The notes below the pieces were generated by a model. It ran no database searches. It was not told where the DNA came from and saw only the letters and a list, made by a program, of their open reading frames with translations. Below are positions 13,442 to 21,419 of a stretch of DNA of 32,000 nt, piece after piece. The DNA is from Psychrobacter sp. HD31 (GTDB lineage: Bacteria > Pseudomonadota > Gammaproteobacteria > Pseudomonadales > Moraxellaceae): NCBI RefSeq assembly GCF_051097895.1, contig NZ_CP142525.1, positions 480,001-512,000 of the forward strand, read 5' to 3'. The translations under genes were made by a program, and so were the position numbers. Numbering within the stretch: position 1 is the stretch's first letter; each line of letters opens with the position of its first letter.

Positions 13442-14605
13442 TTAGATGCAAACTGCAACATGATTCAAACCTGCCTCTATCAGTTTATCTGCCACATTTA
13501 ATGCCCGTTGTCCTGATTGACAGGTTAAAACCAGTCGACGGTTTATTGCTAAGTCATTAACTGTCTGCATAATGTTATTAACAACGTTATCTTCCATAGG
13601 ATAGTGATGAACCTGTCTGTTTTTAGATGCTTTGGCTTTAGATGCTTTGGTTTTCAATATTTTAGGTTGATGAATAACTTCTTGGTGACTGCGTACATCT
13701 ATAATAAAGTCTGATTCATCAATCTGATTGGCACTGATGATAATGGCTTTATTTATCGGCTCAGGGGCATTACTAAAGTCCATGATAGATTGACGATATG
13801 TCCACAAGTCAATGCTTAACAATCTACCAGCCAGCTGGTTTGAATCACCCAAAATCACTTTCATAACTTCTTGAGCTTGCAACGTACCCATCATGCCAGA
13901 GGCTGTTCCGATGACACCAATACTATTACAATCTTGTCCGACTTCCGGTGGGTTAGGGAAGACTGCTCGCAAACTAGGCAGACGTATGTTGTTGGCTGCT
14001 GTACCATAGCAATAAACCCCAACATAGCCGACCACGCCCATGACGGAGGCAGATACTAACGGTTTGTTATTTTTTTGTGCATAATCGCTTAATAAATAAC
14101 TAATGGTAAAATTATCTGTGGCATCAACCAGCACATCGACATCTAAAAGTAAATCGGCAATATTACTAGGCATTAACTTAACGTTATGACTGTTAACCTG
14201 TATTTCTTTATTAATGTCAGTCAGTGCTTTTTTTGCTGTTTCACTTTTAAATGAGTTGACATCCTCTTCACAATACAAAACTTGGCGGTGCAAGTTATTA
14301 AGGCTAACGACATCATGGTCAATGAGTGTTAGCTTACCAACACCTGCTCCTGCTAAATAAAGACCAACAGGACAACCCAATCCGCCCATCCCTATGATGG
14401 CAACATGTGCGTTAGCAAGCTTTTCTTGTCCGTCATAACCTATTTGCGGTACTTGAATCTGACGATTGTAGCGTTCAAGCTTCAATGTCTCGGTATTCGC
14501 TACAGGCTCTTCTGTATCTAGATTATGTTTTAGGTTAGGTTGGTGCTTGTTTTTTAGATGCTTGTTCTCTTCTACCAAAGCGTTTAAGGCGTTTACAGTG
14601 GTCAT
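13442..14605 (-). CDS. thiF: ThiS adenylyltransferase (ThiF/MoeB family) fused to a C-terminal rhodanese domain
   Basis: RYNRQIQVPQIGYDGQEKLANAHVAIIGMGGLGCPVGLYLAGAGVGKLTLIDHDVVSLNNLHRQ. The C-terminal rhodanese active-site loop is LTCQSGQRA. The ATG at 14605-14603 overlaps the thiE TGA at 14604-14602 (ATGA coupling). The ORF-track GTG at 14623 is less likely. Confidence 0.88.
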   Translation of the reverse strand: MTTVNALNALVEENKHLKNKHQPNLKHNLDTEEPVANTETLKLERYNRQIQVPQIGYDGQEKLANAHVAIIGMGGLGCPVGLYLAGAGVGKLTLIDHDVVSLNNLHRQVLYCEEDVNSFKSETAKKALTDINKEIQVNSHNVKLMPSNIADLLLDVDVLVDATDNFTISYLLSDYAQKNNKPLVSASVMGVVGYVGVYCYGTAANNIRLPSLRAVFPNPPEVGQDCNSIGVIGTASGMMGTLQAQEVMKVILGDSNQLAGRLLSIDLWTYRQSIMDFSNAPEPINKAIIISANQIDESDFIIDVRSHQEVIHQPKILKTKASKAKASKNRQVHHYPMEDNVVNNIMQTVNDLAINRRLVLTCQSGQRALNVADKLIEAGLNHVAVCI

Positions 14606-15213
14606 TGAGCCATCTCCAACCACTGCCTTAACCTTGACTCAGGGTTATCATTCATCAGTACATCACTGACCACGCTGATACAATCTGCTCCTGCCTTATA
14701 GACGCCTTCTGCACGTTCAATAGTCAACCCACCAATGCCAATCAGAGGAATACTTTCATCAACATCACTAATCTTTTGTTTCCATTCACGTACTCTATCC
14801 AGTCCTTGAGGTTGCCATGGCATTTTTTTTAAGGTGGTTTCATAAACAGGGCCCAAGGCAATGTAGTCAGGATGGACAGCCAAAGCCACATCAAGCTCTT
14901 CATGACTGTGGGTGCTGATGCCTAATCTAACGCCAGCCGATTTAATCTGCTCAATGTCCGCCTCAGCAAGGTCTTCTTGCCCAAGGTGTAGATAGTCACA
15001 GCCAAGTTCAATCGCTAATTGCCAATAGTCGTTCACCACCAATTGACAACCTGCCTGCTCGCATAACGCTTTGGCTTCAATAATTTGATGACGCACGTTG
15101 TCGATTGGCTTGTCTTTAATACGCAATTGCACCAGTTTTACACCAACAGGCAGTAATCTTGGCAACCAAGCAACATCATCAATGATTTGGTAGAATTTTG
15201 GGAAGTTTTTCAT
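14602..15213 (-). CDS. thiE: Thiamine-phosphate synthase
   Basis: 203 aa. VKLVQLRIKDKP..., QLVVNDYWQLAIELGCDYLHLGQEDL and IGGL motifs are typical of ThiE. Confidence 0.9.
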   Translation of the reverse strand: MKNFPKFYQIIDDVAWLPRLLPVGVKLVQLRIKDKPIDNVRHQIIEAKALCEQAGCQLVVNDYWQLAIELGCDYLHLGQEDLAEADIEQIKSAGVRLGISTHSHEELDVALAVHPDYIALGPVYETTLKKMPWQPQGLDRVREWKQKISDVDESIPLIGIGGLTIERAEGVYKAGADCISVVSDVLMNDNPESRLRQWLEMAQ

Positions 15214-15240
15214 AAGTAGCTTAATATTAGTTGGTATCTA

Positions 15241-16089
15241 TTATTCATAAAAATACAAATACACTGAGGGAGATTCACAATAAGGTAATATCAGATATTC
15301 ATTAGTTTGAATAATCTTTTGAAATCTTGCCTTAGTTTTGTTATCTAAAGGGTAAATTGTTGCCAGAAACTCTATCAATTCGTCATAATTCACAATGCCA
15401 TTGGCTTTTTTAAGAAACGTGAGTAATTGAGCACCTAATCCAATAAATTCAAAACCTAATTTATCCAACTGATTAATTACATAATAATTTTCAAAAGTAT
15501 TTAGGTCAGATGAAAAATAACCATTGGGTTTCATTGCAATTTTCAAGGTATCTGAAGGTAAGTCATCAATACAAATACCAATTTCTTTAAAATTTGTCGC
15601 TTCTATGTTATTTAAGACTCTAAGTGGCTTTTCGTTAAAAAGCACCATTGCTTTTAAGTCATTTTCATCATATCGCTTAGTTTTCTCAATTATCTGATTT
15701 AACAATTGAGTCAACTGTGCTACATCAAAATCATCTTGTCGTTGTAAAAAATTAACAATATGCTCAGTTCTGGCTTTTTTAAGGTTAATATTGAAAGCTT
15801 TTTCCTGTTCTTGGTCATCAAAATCAACCCCATCAGCAAAATCACTTTCATCAACATTAAGTTCATCCTGCATGCTAGCGTGCATCGAAGTATATTCACA
15901 TTGGTTAATATCATCCATGATGAATAAAACTTTTTGAGGAAATAGCTCTGATTTTAATTTTCTATAGCTAGCAATAATACAATCCCAGTCAGAAATATCC
16001 CTAATTTCACCAAAATAAGGAATACCATCAGTTCCTTGAAACCTTGGATATTTATCATTAACTTCATGATATTTTTTAATAATAGACAT
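15241..16089 (-). CDS. Hypothetical acidic cytoplasmic protein; AT-rich orphan embedded in the thi gene string
   Basis: 282 aa from the ATG at 16089-16087, which has an AAGGA SD 8 nt upstream. The ORF-track start at 16107 is a TTG. No TM segment or signal peptide; there is an acidic D/E-rich middle. The C-terminal segment KPNGYFSSDLNTFENYYVINQLDKLGFEFIGLGAQLLTFL loosely recalls DUF4253-type proteins. That comparison is from memory and unverified. Confidence 0.6.
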   Translation of the reverse strand: MSIIKKYHEVNDKYPRFQGTDGIPYFGEIRDISDWDCIIASYRKLKSELFPQKVLFIMDDINQCEYTSMHASMQDELNVDESDFADGVDFDDQEQEKAFNINLKKARTEHIVNFLQRQDDFDVAQLTQLLNQIIEKTKRYDENDLKAMVLFNEKPLRVLNNIEATNFKEIGICIDDLPSDTLKIAMKPNGYFSSDLNTFENYYVINQLDKLGFEFIGLGAQLLTFLKKANGIVNYDELIEFLATIYPLDNKTKARFQKIIQTNEYLILPYCESPSVYLYFYE

Positions 16090-16120
16090 TAGAAATCCTT
16101 TAAACAATTATTCATTCTCA

Positions 16121-16921
16121 TCAATCAAACCAAAAAGGCGTACCTACCACAGGCGTGGATGGGCTTGCCATATCTCGGGGTAAAATAGGCGTAGACTGAT
16201 ACGCCGAATGCCCAGCTTGAATTGCATTAGAAAACGCCACCGCCATTGCTACAGGGTCGCCAGATTTTGCCACTGCCGTATTTAGCAATATCGCATCATA
16301 GCCCAGCTCCATTGCTTGGCACGCTTGTGATGGCAGACCAATGCCAGCATCAACCACCAAAGGTACATTTGGAAAATATGCCCGCAAGGTTTGTAATGCC
16401 TTAGGATTTTGTAACCCTTGACCACTACCAATCGGAGCACCCCATGGCATCAACACCTCACAGCCAGCTTCCAATAACTTCTCAGCCACAATCAAATCAT
16501 CGGTGGTATACGGATAGACTTGAAAGCCCTCATCACTAAGTATCTTGGCGGCTTCAACCAAAGCAAACACATCGGGTTGTAAGGTATCTTCATTGCCAAT
16601 CAGCTCAAGTTTAATACGAGGGGTATCAAATAGCTCTCGTGCCATATGAGCGGTGGTCACCGCTTCTTGCACATTGCGACAGCCTGCCGTATTTGGTAAA
16701 ACATAAGTACCCGTTTGTTGAATTAACTCCCAAAAGGCCTGTCCAGAGCTTTCTTGACCTTGCCCAACCCCCATCTCACGCCGTACCGATACCGTTATCA
16801 TCTGCGTACCCGACTGAGTGATGGCATCGTTCAATATCTTGGGTGATGGATATTGTGCCGTACCTAATAGCAAGCGATTATCTAGCTCAAGGTCATAAAA
16901 TTTTAGCTTGTCTTGTGTCAT
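16121..16921 (-). CDS. thiG: Thiazole synthase
   Basis: [24 protein letters not shown]...IKLELIG...[13 protein letters not shown]...VVDAGIG. AGGAA SD. Confidence 0.95.
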   Translation of the reverse strand: MTQDKLKFYDLELDNRLLLGTAQYPSPKILNDAITQSGTQMITVSVRREMGVGQGQESSGQAFWELIQQTGTYVLPNTAGCRNVQEAVTTAHMARELFDTPRIKLELIGNEDTLQPDVFALVEAAKILSDEGFQVYPYTTDDLIVAEKLLEAGCEVLMPWGAPIGSGQGLQNPKALQTLRAYFPNVPLVVDAGIGLPSQACQAMELGYDAILLNTAVAKSGDPVAMAVAFSNAIQAGHSAYQSTPILPRDMASPSTPVVGTPFWFD

Positions 16922-16969
16922 GTGTATTCCTGTTTTTTCTATTAGCGACTAACCGTTAATTGTTAACCG

Positions 16970-17170
16970 CTAACCACCCTGCATAGGGGCAACCACTTCA
17001 ATCTGGTCACCTTCAGATAAGGTATGCTCATCACGGCTATGTTTGGCAACAAACTGCCCATTAACTGCCGTGGCAACCTTACTTGTTGGTTCATAGCCTT
17101 GTTCACGCAATAGCTCGGCTAAAGTCGTCGCCGTTGTTTGACAAGCCCGTCCGTTAAATTGAAGATTCAT
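16970..17170 (-). CDS. thiS: Sulfur carrier protein ThiS
   Basis: 66 aa ending in ...VVAPMQGG, with a GAGGAG SD. It lies immediately upstream of thiG. Confidence 0.92.
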   Translation of the reverse strand: MNLQFNGRACQTTATTLAELLREQGYEPTSKVATAVNGQFVAKHSRDEHTLSEGDQIEVVAPMQGG

Positions 17171-17247
17171 TGAAACTCCTCATTATTTATTTTGAAATTG
17201 CTTAATGCCGATAATATCGATTCTGCTATTTTTGAGTTAAACTTAGC

Positions 17248-17850
17248 TTATGAGTGTTGCCAAAGTAAAAAAAACTCATCATTATCGGGATTTTTTGCCC
17301 ATCGGTATTCGATTTCATTCGCAATCGTTTGGGCTGTTTCAGTGTCATATCTATCTGCTATAAACCCCAAACTCATGTCCGTACCTGCACTAATGCCAGA
17401 AGAGGTGTAAAACTTTTCATCTACTACCCAACGAGCTTGTTCAATCCATTGCACCTTATCAGACTGAGAAATGACCCATTTCCATGATTTTTTATTTGAG
17501 GTTGCACGCTTACCATCTAATAATCCAGTTTTAGCAAGTAAAGCACTGCCAGTACAAACGCTTAACACCCAGGTAGCTTGATTGGCAAGGTTGGTTAGAG
17601 TTTGTAAAAATTTGGTATCGTCAACCAGTCGGCGTGTGCCTTGACCACCAATTACCAATAAAATATCTGTGTTTTTCGGCAAGTCTGCAATAGCAATGGT
17701 TTCTATGCGAACACCATGTTGATTACTGATAATACCACCAGTCATTGAAGCATATTGAATGTCATAATCAGTAACCCTGCCGAAGACTTCAACAGCACCA
17801 AATAAGTCTAAGGTTTCAAAATCATCGAAAGTTAATGCGGTAATTTGCAT
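17248..17850 (-). CDS. DJ-1/PfpI ('ThiJ') superfamily protein, class-I glutamine-amidotransferase-like fold
   Basis: ILLVIGGQG...VLSVCTGSALLAKTGLLDGKRATS has the nucleophile-elbow Cys typical of DJ-1/PfpI and isocyanide-hydratase-type proteins. 200 aa. Confidence 0.8.
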   Translation of the reverse strand: MQITALTFDDFETLDLFGAVEVFGRVTDYDIQYASMTGGIISNQHGVRIETIAIADLPKNTDILLVIGGQGTRRLVDDTKFLQTLTNLANQATWVLSVCTGSALLAKTGLLDGKRATSNKKSWKWVISQSDKVQWIEQARWVVDEKFYTSSGISAGTDMSLGFIADRYDTETAQTIANEIEYRWAKNPDNDEFFLLWQHS

Positions 17851-18085
17851 AAGTGATTCTCTTTTTAAAATAATGTCATTTATCGTTTCAGTTAACGCCT
17901 AATGCCTAACGCCAATGAAACAAAAGATGGAGATGGAATGAATGAAGGCGTTTGTTATTTCTGTTATCTTTAGCTATAGTCAAAGAACTATATTTGTGCT
18001 ACGGTGTCAAACTCGCTTAATGCACTAGTTGTGCTATTTTCACTCGTTTTCCTTGTAGCACTTTTATATTTCTCTGACTATATAT

Positions 18086-19210
18086 TTAACATGACACTCG
18101 TTGAATCAACCGATTATCCATACCATCAACAATATAGTCATGCACAATTTGTGCAAATGCGGGTGCCAGTAAATATCCATGACGATACATACCATTCACC
18201 GATAGGCGTTTGCCCTTATGCTGTCTGTCTTTATGCCCCCTACCATGGTTTGGTATCTCTTCCACAATCTGTGGTAGATTATCTGGATACGCAGGTCGCA
18301 CATCCACGCCAATTTCAACAATCTCTGATTGTGAAAAGGCAGGATTCACCGCATATAATGCCGACAACAGCTCCATTACAGAACGCACCGACGCACGCTC
18401 TCGTGAGCCATTTTCTATCATTGTTGCCCCAAGCATAAACTGCTGATTTGCCCTTGGTACTAAATAAATCGGAATGCGAGGGTGAAGCAAGCGTATGGGT
18501 CGTGACAGCGTTAATTCTGGATTATACAAGTGAAGCATTTCGCCCCGAACACCCCGCAATTTATCCCGCTTTTGTCCTGTATCAGCTTTGCATGCAGTGT
18601 TATTTTGCTCTGAGTTAATGGCGTGTTTAGCAGAATACCCACGACAATCAAGCAACCAATCGCCATCTGCTTGCTCGCTACTTAGCATGGTTATTTCTTC
18701 TTCACTGAGTCTGGTATTAGTCAGGACTTGAGCTTTCTCACTGCTATTGATGCGTTTCCATAAGGCGTTTAATACCTGTCTGGGTTCAATATGCCCTTCG
18801 GTTTCATAAAACAAGCCTTCTTGATGCGATGATAAAATAGGCTCTAATTGTTGTAGTTGCTTGGCAGAAACGTGTTGCCATTGCTCAGTTTTTTGAGCAA
18901 AGTGTTTGAGCATATTTTGGTCACGACTTGGCGAGATGACAATCGTACCATTGGAGTAGTGGTCACACTCATCGGCATGGCGTTGACAAAAATCTTGCCA
19001 ATATGCCATTGAAATCGGAGCAAGTTCACCTACTAGAGTTTCGGCTGATTCCATCTCACAATAAGGGGCGAGCATACCACCAGCCCACCATGAGCACAGC
19101 GACTCATCGACACCCGTACTGGCAGTAATTACTTTAATATCATGACCTGATGCGAGCAGTTTATCGGCACAGGTTAACCCAACAATGCCCGTTCCTATAA
19201 TCGTTATCAT
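18086..19210 (-). CDS. thiO: FAD-dependent glycine oxidase
   Basis: The N-terminal dinucleotide fold MITIIGTGIVGLTCADKL and the C-terminal NGMYRHGYLLAPAFA are typical of proteobacterial ThiO. The thiS-thiG context supports the call. Confidence 0.85.
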   Translation of the reverse strand: MITIIGTGIVGLTCADKLLASGHDIKVITASTGVDESLCSWWAGGMLAPYCEMESAETLVGELAPISMAYWQDFCQRHADECDHYSNGTIVISPSRDQNMLKHFAQKTEQWQHVSAKQLQQLEPILSSHQEGLFYETEGHIEPRQVLNALWKRINSSEKAQVLTNTRLSEEEITMLSSEQADGDWLLDCRGYSAKHAINSEQNNTACKADTGQKRDKLRGVRGEMLHLYNPELTLSRPIRLLHPRIPIYLVPRANQQFMLGATMIENGSRERASVRSVMELLSALYAVNPAFSQSEIVEIGVDVRPAYPDNLPQIVEEIPNHGRGHKDRQHKGKRLSVNGMYRHGYLLAPAFAQIVHDYIVDGMDNRLIQRVSC

Positions 19211-19220
19211 TTGTTTTTAT

Positions 19221-19266
19221 TCCAACTCATTTTCACGCTATCTTTCAACTCATCTTTCAAGCTATC
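19221..19266. repeat. Degenerate tandem duplication (22 + 24 nt) in the SDR-thiO spacer
   Basis: tccaactcattttcacgctatc / tttcaactcatctttcaagctatc. Confidence 0.7.
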
Positions 19267-19302
19267 ATGTTGACTGATACAGTGGATAAACTCAGTTTAT
19301 CC

Positions 19303-20157
19303 TTAATCAAATACCAAGCCACCATCAACAATCAGGTTTTGACCCGTTACTGCTCTTGCCCAAGGGCTGGCAAAGAATAAAACCGCATCTGCCAACTCTT
19401 CGGGAGTGGTTACACTGCCTAATGGCGTGTTTTGAGCAATGATGTCAAAAACCGCATCGGGTGTTGCAGAACTGGCGTCGGTGGTTCTTAGTAGTCCGCC
19501 TGATACCATATTAACGGTAATGCCTTTTTTACCAAGGTCAGCAGCCGATGTACGAGTTAATGCCAGCAATGCACCTTTTGCTGAGGTGTAATCGTGATAG
19601 GGAACGACTGGATTTTGGAATAGGTTGGTTCCTATGGTGACAATACGTCCAAACCCTGCCTGCTCCATATAAGGCACAACTGCTTGAATGCCATTTAAAG
19701 CACCGATAACAGCGGTCTTGTGCTGATTTAATAATGCCTCTTCGCTCAGCTCCAAAATCGTTGCTCGACCATCACCATTAAAACTATAATCCGCTAGGGC
19801 ATTGTGAATGAAAGTCGTTGGTGTACCCAATACGTCATTTACCTTAGCAAACATTGCTTGGGTTTCATCTGCATCACGCACATCGGCTTGTATGGTCATA
19901 AAGCGTTGAGCATTGCCATCAGTGTCTGAATTGGCGGAGGCGTGTGCATTATCTATGAGTTCAGCGAGTAATTGCTCAGCTGATTCTTTACTGTTACGAT
20001 AATTAATTGCCACCTTTGCACCTTGATTGGCAAAGGCTCTGGCAATCGCAGACCCCAGTCCACGTCCTGCACCTGTAACGACGACCACTTGCTTATTGAT
20101 TGGCGTTTTGTTTATTGGTGTGTTATCTATTGGCGTTTTGTTTATGGATTGCGACAT
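19303..20157 (-). CDS. Short-chain dehydrogenase/reductase (FabG-like) with a repeated N-terminal peptide
   Basis: VVVVTGAGRGLGSAIARAF (TGxxxGxG) and catalytic YTSAKGA (YxxxK). The N-terminus MSQSINKTPIDNTPINKTPINKQ is encoded by a 17-nt sequence, attggcgttttgtttat, present at 20099-20115 and again at 20129-20145. AAGGA SD. Confidence 0.85.
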   Translation of the reverse strand: MSQSINKTPIDNTPINKTPINKQVVVVTGAGRGLGSAIARAFANQGAKVAINYRNSKESAEQLLAELIDNAHASANSDTDGNAQRFMTIQADVRDADETQAMFAKVNDVLGTPTTFIHNALADYSFNGDGRATILELSEEALLNQHKTAVIGALNGIQAVVPYMEQAGFGRIVTIGTNLFQNPVVPYHDYTSAKGALLALTRTSAADLGKKGITVNMVSGGLLRTTDASSATPDAVFDIIAQNTPLGSVTTPEELADAVLFFASPWARAVTGQNLIVDGGLVFD

Positions 20158-20250
20158 TTTTTATCCTTATTCACTGAATAGTTTTTTTACTAAATAATTT
20201 CTTTCTAATTTGCCAAGTTACCCAGTTGTTTTGTTGAGCTCGTTTGGCAA

Positions 20251-20302
20251 GTCAATGTTTGTAGTCAATTTGATTAGTCAGTTTTCGTAGTCTATTTAAT
20301 CA
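20251..20302. repeat. Four degenerate tandem copies of a 13-nt unit in the THI5-like/SDR spacer
   Basis: gtcaatgtttgta / gtcaatttgatta / gtcagttttcgta / gtctatttaatca. Confidence 0.75.
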
Positions 20303-20343
20303 GATGGCTCTATTAACACTGACTTATTATTCCTTATCAGTCT

Positions 20344-21252
20344 TTATCCTGCCCACAAAGACTGATACTGCTCATCAGTTAACGTGACAATATCAATCTC
20401 TGCCAACATCTGGCGTAGCTCTTGCCATTTAGCTTGATGAGATTCAATAGGATGAATGAATCTGCTCAAGGTGTCATCAATGATTGCATTCATCAGCTCA
20501 TCGGCTTTGGTATCGCTATATTGATAATATAACTCTCGTACAGTTTCTGGTTCGGCTCGGCAAAGCTCAATCATGTCATTAGTTACCTTGATGAAACTAT
20601 CAATGGCTTGCTTTTTGTCTTGATAAATCTCATCGGTGGTGATGATGTCCAGTGCAGAAAAGTTTGCAAATGGGGATGCGTGTTGGTCAATAAAGGTAAA
20701 GCTCATGCCTGCTTGCGTTGCCTCTACACCTTCAAAGTTATAAAAGCACAACCAAGCACCATCTAAGCTTGGGTCATTTTGCATATTGGTGATGTGATAA
20801 AAGTCGGCTTGTACAAACTCTACGTTGTTTTGTGACAGTTCGATGCCCTGTTGCTTTGCATAGCGGTCTAATACTTCAAAGCCTATGCGGTTGGTTTTTT
20901 CTTCGGCGGCTGGCGTGCAAATACGGATGGTTTGTTGCTCTTTTAGCTTTTGTAACACTTGCTCGCTGTTACCACGCATGAGGATACCGCCATCGGTTTC
21001 AAAGAAACAGCCTAAAGAACGCAAGTTGGGAGCATAATGCTCAAATAAATGTAAGGGTTCATTGGTGTGTAAGTCAATAGTCCGGTTATTTAACTCGGCA
21101 AAACCATCATAATGGTCATCAGGCTCAATGATGGTAAGCTCAACTCCTGCTTGTTGGTATGCCCCTGTTTTTATACCAGCGATGAAGGGAAGGTGGTCTG
21201 GGTTTAAGAACCATTCAAGGGTTAAGGTGAGTTTGGTTGGTGCGTTTGTCAT
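20344..21252 (-). CDS. NMT1/THI5-like protein with no signal peptide; first gene after the TPP riboswitch
   Basis: The N-terminus LTLTLEWFLNPDHLPFIAGIKTGAYQQAGVELTIIEPDD aligns without gaps to yeast Thi5p [39 protein letters not shown] (recalled from memory). There is no hydrophobic leader or lipobox. AAGGAAA SD. Confidence 0.8.
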   Translation of the reverse strand: MTNAPTKLTLTLEWFLNPDHLPFIAGIKTGAYQQAGVELTIIEPDDHYDGFAELNNRTIDLHTNEPLHLFEHYAPNLRSLGCFFETDGGILMRGNSEQVLQKLKEQQTIRICTPAAEEKTNRIGFEVLDRYAKQQGIELSQNNVEFVQADFYHITNMQNDPSLDGAWLCFYNFEGVEATQAGMSFTFIDQHASPFANFSALDIITTDEIYQDKKQAIDSFIKVTNDMIELCRAEPETVRELYYQYSDTKADELMNAIIDDTLSRFIHPIESHQAKWQELRQMLAEIDIVTLTDEQYQSLWAG

Positions 21253-21254
21253 AG

Positions 21255-21295
21255 TGTTTCCTTTATTTTAAATATTTTATTTAAATCGGAAACAA
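21255..21295 (-). promoter_or_regulatory. Putative SD-sequestering hairpin (expression platform of the TPP riboswitch)
   Basis: On the minus-strand RNA, UGUUUCC (21294-21288) is perfectly complementary to the SD GGAAACA (21261-21255), with a ~26-nt A/U loop. The same UUGUUUCC is also complementary to GGAAACAA in the 3' strand of aptamer P1 (21428-21421). Confidence 0.5.
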
Positions 21296-21419
21296 TTAGA
21301 CTAACAAACAAGACAAAATCAACATCCATAAATACGCAAAACGCCATCAACCTAGGTGGATAGGTGACGGTTATTTAATGCAAGTATAAAAAATGGGTGT
21401 TGTTTTATAAGATATCACG

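Noticed and set aside
18004-18446. 144-aa and 78-aa plus-strand ORFs overlapping the 3' part of thiO
   Set aside because: Fully antisense to a well-supported ThiO frame. The start is a GTG with no SD, and the product is low-complexity.
21333-21392. Possible transcription attenuators in the riboswitch leader: the U-run after AACACCC at about 21384-21392, and a weak hairpin + UUUU at about 21333-21365
   Set aside because: The stems are 5-7 bp, interrupted by internal loops, or would need very long-range pairing. The SD/anti-SD model is much better supported by exact complementarity.
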